Positions 61,706-64,000 of a stretch of 64,000 nt of DNA are shown here, in pieces. Numbering within the stretch: the stretch's first letter is position 1; every line of letters starts with the position of its first letter. The notes beneath the pieces are model-generated. The model saw only the letters and a program-made list of their open reading frames with translations, was not told the origin of the DNA and made no database searches. The position numbers and the translations under genes were made by a program. Location of the stretch: the NCBI GenBank assembly GCA_040384665.1, contig JAZKIY010000016.1, positions 11,334 through 75,333 of the forward strand, given 5' to 3'. The DNA comes from Pseudomonadota bacterium (GTDB lineage: Bacteria > Pseudomonadota > Gammaproteobacteria > Burkholderiales > Burkholderiaceae_C).

Positions 61706-64000
61706 ATGCCCAGTACCACCGTTGCCGAGTTCGCTGCAGAACTCAAAAAATCACCCGAAACCCTGCTTGACCAGCTCAAGGCTGCCGGGGTCGCCAAGTC
61801 CAGCGTCAGCGATGCGCTGAACGACGCCGACAAACAGCGCCTGCTTGGTTTCCTGCAAGTCAGCCACGGCACTGTCGTGGCCGACCGCAAGAAGATCACG
61901 CTGGTGAAGAAATCCACCAGCGAGATCAAGCAGGCCGACGCCACCGGACGCGCCCGCACGATCCAGGTCGAGGTGCGCAAGAAGCGCACCTTCATCAAGC
62001 GTGACGACGAGCTGGAAGCCACCCCCGCACCTGCGATTGAGGCACCCGCGCCCGAGGTGCAGGCCCCGGCGGGCATTGACGACGCTGAACTCGCCCGCCG
62101 TGAGGAAGAGGCGCGCCGCCATGCCGAGCTGCTGCGCCGCCAGGAAGAAGACCTGACTGAAAAGCGCCGCCTGCGCGAGACCAACGAGGCCCGCGAACGC
62201 GAGGCCGCCGAACGCGCCGCCGCCTACGAAGCCGCCGAACGTGCCAAGAAAGAGGCGTTGGCCGACAAGGCCACGATGAACGACGCCTCGGCAATGGAAG
62301 CCAAGGCGCAGCGCGCCGCCGCTGAAGCGGCTGCCAAGGAAGAAGCGCGTCTGAAGACCGAGGCCGAATCCAAGGCCCGCTCCGACGACGAAGCCGCCCG
62401 CACGGTGGACCTGCAGGACCGCCGTCGCCGCGCCGAGGCCGAGGCCGCCGCCATCCGCACCATGATGTCCACGCCCAAAAAGGTGTTGACGGCCAAGAAG
62501 CCGGAAGAGCTCAAGCCCGCCGTCAAGGTGGACCCGAACAAGCCCGGCATGAAGGGCACGCTGCACAAGCCAGCGGGCTCGGCCACGGCCAAACCCGCGC
62601 CCGGCGCTGCGGCGGCACCTGGCGATGCCAACAAGGAAGTCAAATCCGCCAAGCTGTCGTCCAGCTGGGCGGGCGACCCGGCCAAGAAGAAAGAAATCAA
62701 GACCCGTGGCGACAGCAGTGGCGGCGTGGGCCGTGGCAACTGGCGTGGCGGGCCGCGTGGCCGCCGTGGCAATGACCGCAACGACCGGGGTGACGTGGCT
62801 GTGGCCGCACCGGTGGAAGCGCGCGTGATCGAAGTGCACGTGCCGGAAACCATCACCGTGGCCGAACTGGCGCACAAGATGGCGGTCAAGTCGTCCGAAG
62901 TGATCAAGCACCTGATGAAGCTGGGCCAGATGGTCACCATCAACCAGCCGCTGGACCAGGACACCGCCATGATCGTGGTGGAAGAAATGGGCCACAAGGC
63001 CATCGTGGCCGCGCTGGACGATCCCGAAGCTTTCACCGACCAGGACGTGGGCGCCGCCGAAGGCGAAGCGCTGCCGCGTGCCCCTGTGGTGACCGTCATG
63101 GGCCACGTTGACCACGGCAAGACCTCGCTGCTGGACTACATCCGCCGTGCCAAGGTCGCTTCCGGCGAAGCCGGCGGCATCACCCAGCACATTGGTGCCT
63201 ACCACGTGGAAACCCCGCGTGGCATGGTGTCCTTCCTCGACACCCCGGGCCACGAGGCGTTCACCGCCATGCGGGCCCGTGGTGCCAAGGCCACCGACAT
63301 CGTGATCCTGGTGGTCGCAGCCGACGACGGCGTGATGCCGCAGACCCGCGAAGCCATCAAACACGCGAAAGCGGCCGGTGTGCCGATCGTGGTGGCGGTC
63401 AACAAGATCGACAAGCCCGATGCCAACCCGGAACGCGTCAAGCAGGAGCTGGTGGTCGAGCAGGTGGTGCCGGAAGAGTACGGCGGCGAGTCGCCGTTTG
63501 TCTCGGTGTCTGCCAAGACCGGCCAGGGCATTGACGAACTGCTGGAGCAGGTGCTGCTGCAGGCCGAAGTGCTGGAACTGAAGGCGCCGGTGGACGCCAT
63601 GGCCAAGGGCCTGGTGATTGAAGCCCAGCTGGACAAGGGCCGCGGCCCTGTGGCCACCGTGCTGGTGCAGTCCGGCACACTGAAGACCGGCGACGTGGTG
63701 TTGGCAGGCCAGACCTATGGCCGCGTGCGCGCCATGCTGGACGAGAACGGCCGCACCATCAAGACCGCAGGCCCGTCGATCCCGGTGGAAATCCAGGGTC
63801 TGACGGAAGTGCCGCAGGCCGGCGACGAGTTCATGGTGCTGACCGACGAGCGCCGTGCGCGCGAAATCGCCACCTACCGTGCCGGCAAGTTCCGCAACAC
63901 CAAGCTGGCCAAGCAGCAGGCCGCCAAGCTGGAGAACATGTTCTCCGACATGACGGCGGGCGAGGTCAAGATGCTGCCCATCATCGTCAAGTCCGACGTG
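61706..64000 (+). CDS. infB: translation initiation factor IF-2 (3' end beyond the window)
   Basis: Not in the ORF track because it is open-ended. ATG 61706 gives [29 protein letters not shown]. The G-domain [20 protein letters not shown] (codon at 63086) is in frame, and the frame stays open to 64000. Confidence 0.9.
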   Translation, partial: MPSTTVAEFAAELKKSPETLLDQLKAAGVAKSSVSDALNDADKQRLLGFLQVSHGTVVADRKKITLVKKSTSEIKQADATGRARTIQVEVRKKRTFIKRDDELEATPAPAIEAPAPEVQAPAGIDDAELARREEEARRHAELLRRQEEDLTEKRRLRETNEAREREAAERAAAYEAAERAKKEALADKATMNDASAMEAKAQRAAAEAAAKEEARLKTEAESKARSDDEAARTVDLQDRRRRAEAEAAAIRTMMSTPKKVLTAKKPEELKPAVKVDPNKPGMKGTLHKPAGSATAKPAPGAAAAPGDANKEVKSAKLSSSWAGDPAKKKEIKTRGDSSGGVGRGNWRGGPRGRRGNDRNDRGDVAVAAPVEARVIEVHVPETITVAELAHKMAVKSSEVIKHLMKLGQMVTINQPLDQDTAMIVVEEMGHKAIVAALDDPEAFTDQDVGAAEGEALPRAPVVTVMGHVDHGKTSLLDYIRRAKVASGEAGGITQHIGAYHVETPRGMVSFLDTPGHEAFTAMRARGAKATDIVILVVAADDGVMPQTREAIKHAKAAGVPIVVAVNKIDKPDANPERVKQELVVEQVVPEEYGGESPFVSVSAKTGQGIDELLEQVLLQAEVLELKAPVDAMAKGLVIEAQLDKGRGPVATVLVQSGTLKTGDVVLAGQTYGRVRAMLDENGRTIKTAGPSIPVEIQGLTEVPQAGDEFMVLTDERRAREIATYRAGKFRNTKLAKQQAAKLENMFSDMTAGEVKMLPIIVKSDV

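Noticed and set aside
61751-63364. 537-aa minus-strand ORF (with 62224..63120 and others)
   Set aside because: It is antisense to infB, whose G-domain and N-terminus are clear on the plus strand. infB is missing from the track only because it is open-ended.

Overview
This is a high-GC chromosomal core segment (roughly two-thirds G+C by eye). Gene content and order look betaproteobacterial, Burkholderiales/Comamonadaceae-like, but the taxon is inference only. About 55 protein genes are densely packed on both strands. I found no rRNA or tRNA gene, CRISPR array, transposase or integrase. Recognisable blocks, in order: crotonase/quinone oxidoreductase; surE-pcm-nlpD-rpoS; a PolB-like exonuclease; rlmD; a BI-1/YccA membrane protein; an iron cluster (hemP, exbD-exbB-tonB, bfd, and a TonB-dependent receptor-piuC-FMN dehydrogenase operon with Fur-box-like sites); an aminotransferase; uvrB; iscR-iscS-iscU-iscA-hscB-hscA-fdx followed directly by dnaQ; manC; an FGase-like gene; pyrD; rpiA; slyD/roxA; a small lipoprotein; an MBL hydrolase; SDR-methyltransferase-dapA-bamC; an MFS transporter; parE-SLT-parC; an ~0.85 kb low-GC orphan island; and rimP-nusA-infB (infB runs off the window end). 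Three things stand out. (1) A ~70-nt low-GC palindromic element occurs seven times. Three copies are translated in their single open frame inside rlmD, hscA and comEC, a fourth lies in the pcm N-terminal extension or the surE-pcm spacer, and one supplies the 3' ends of two convergent genes. (2) Two paralogous, functionally uncharacterised circularly permuted ATP-grasp / alpha-E modules flank comEC, and one also carries two transglutaminase genes, one of which has a (CAGCAA)6-encoded poly-Q tail. (3) A low-GC single-gene island lies downstream of parC. Many long ORFs in the track are antisense shadows of real genes, as expected in high-GC DNA, and were rejected.
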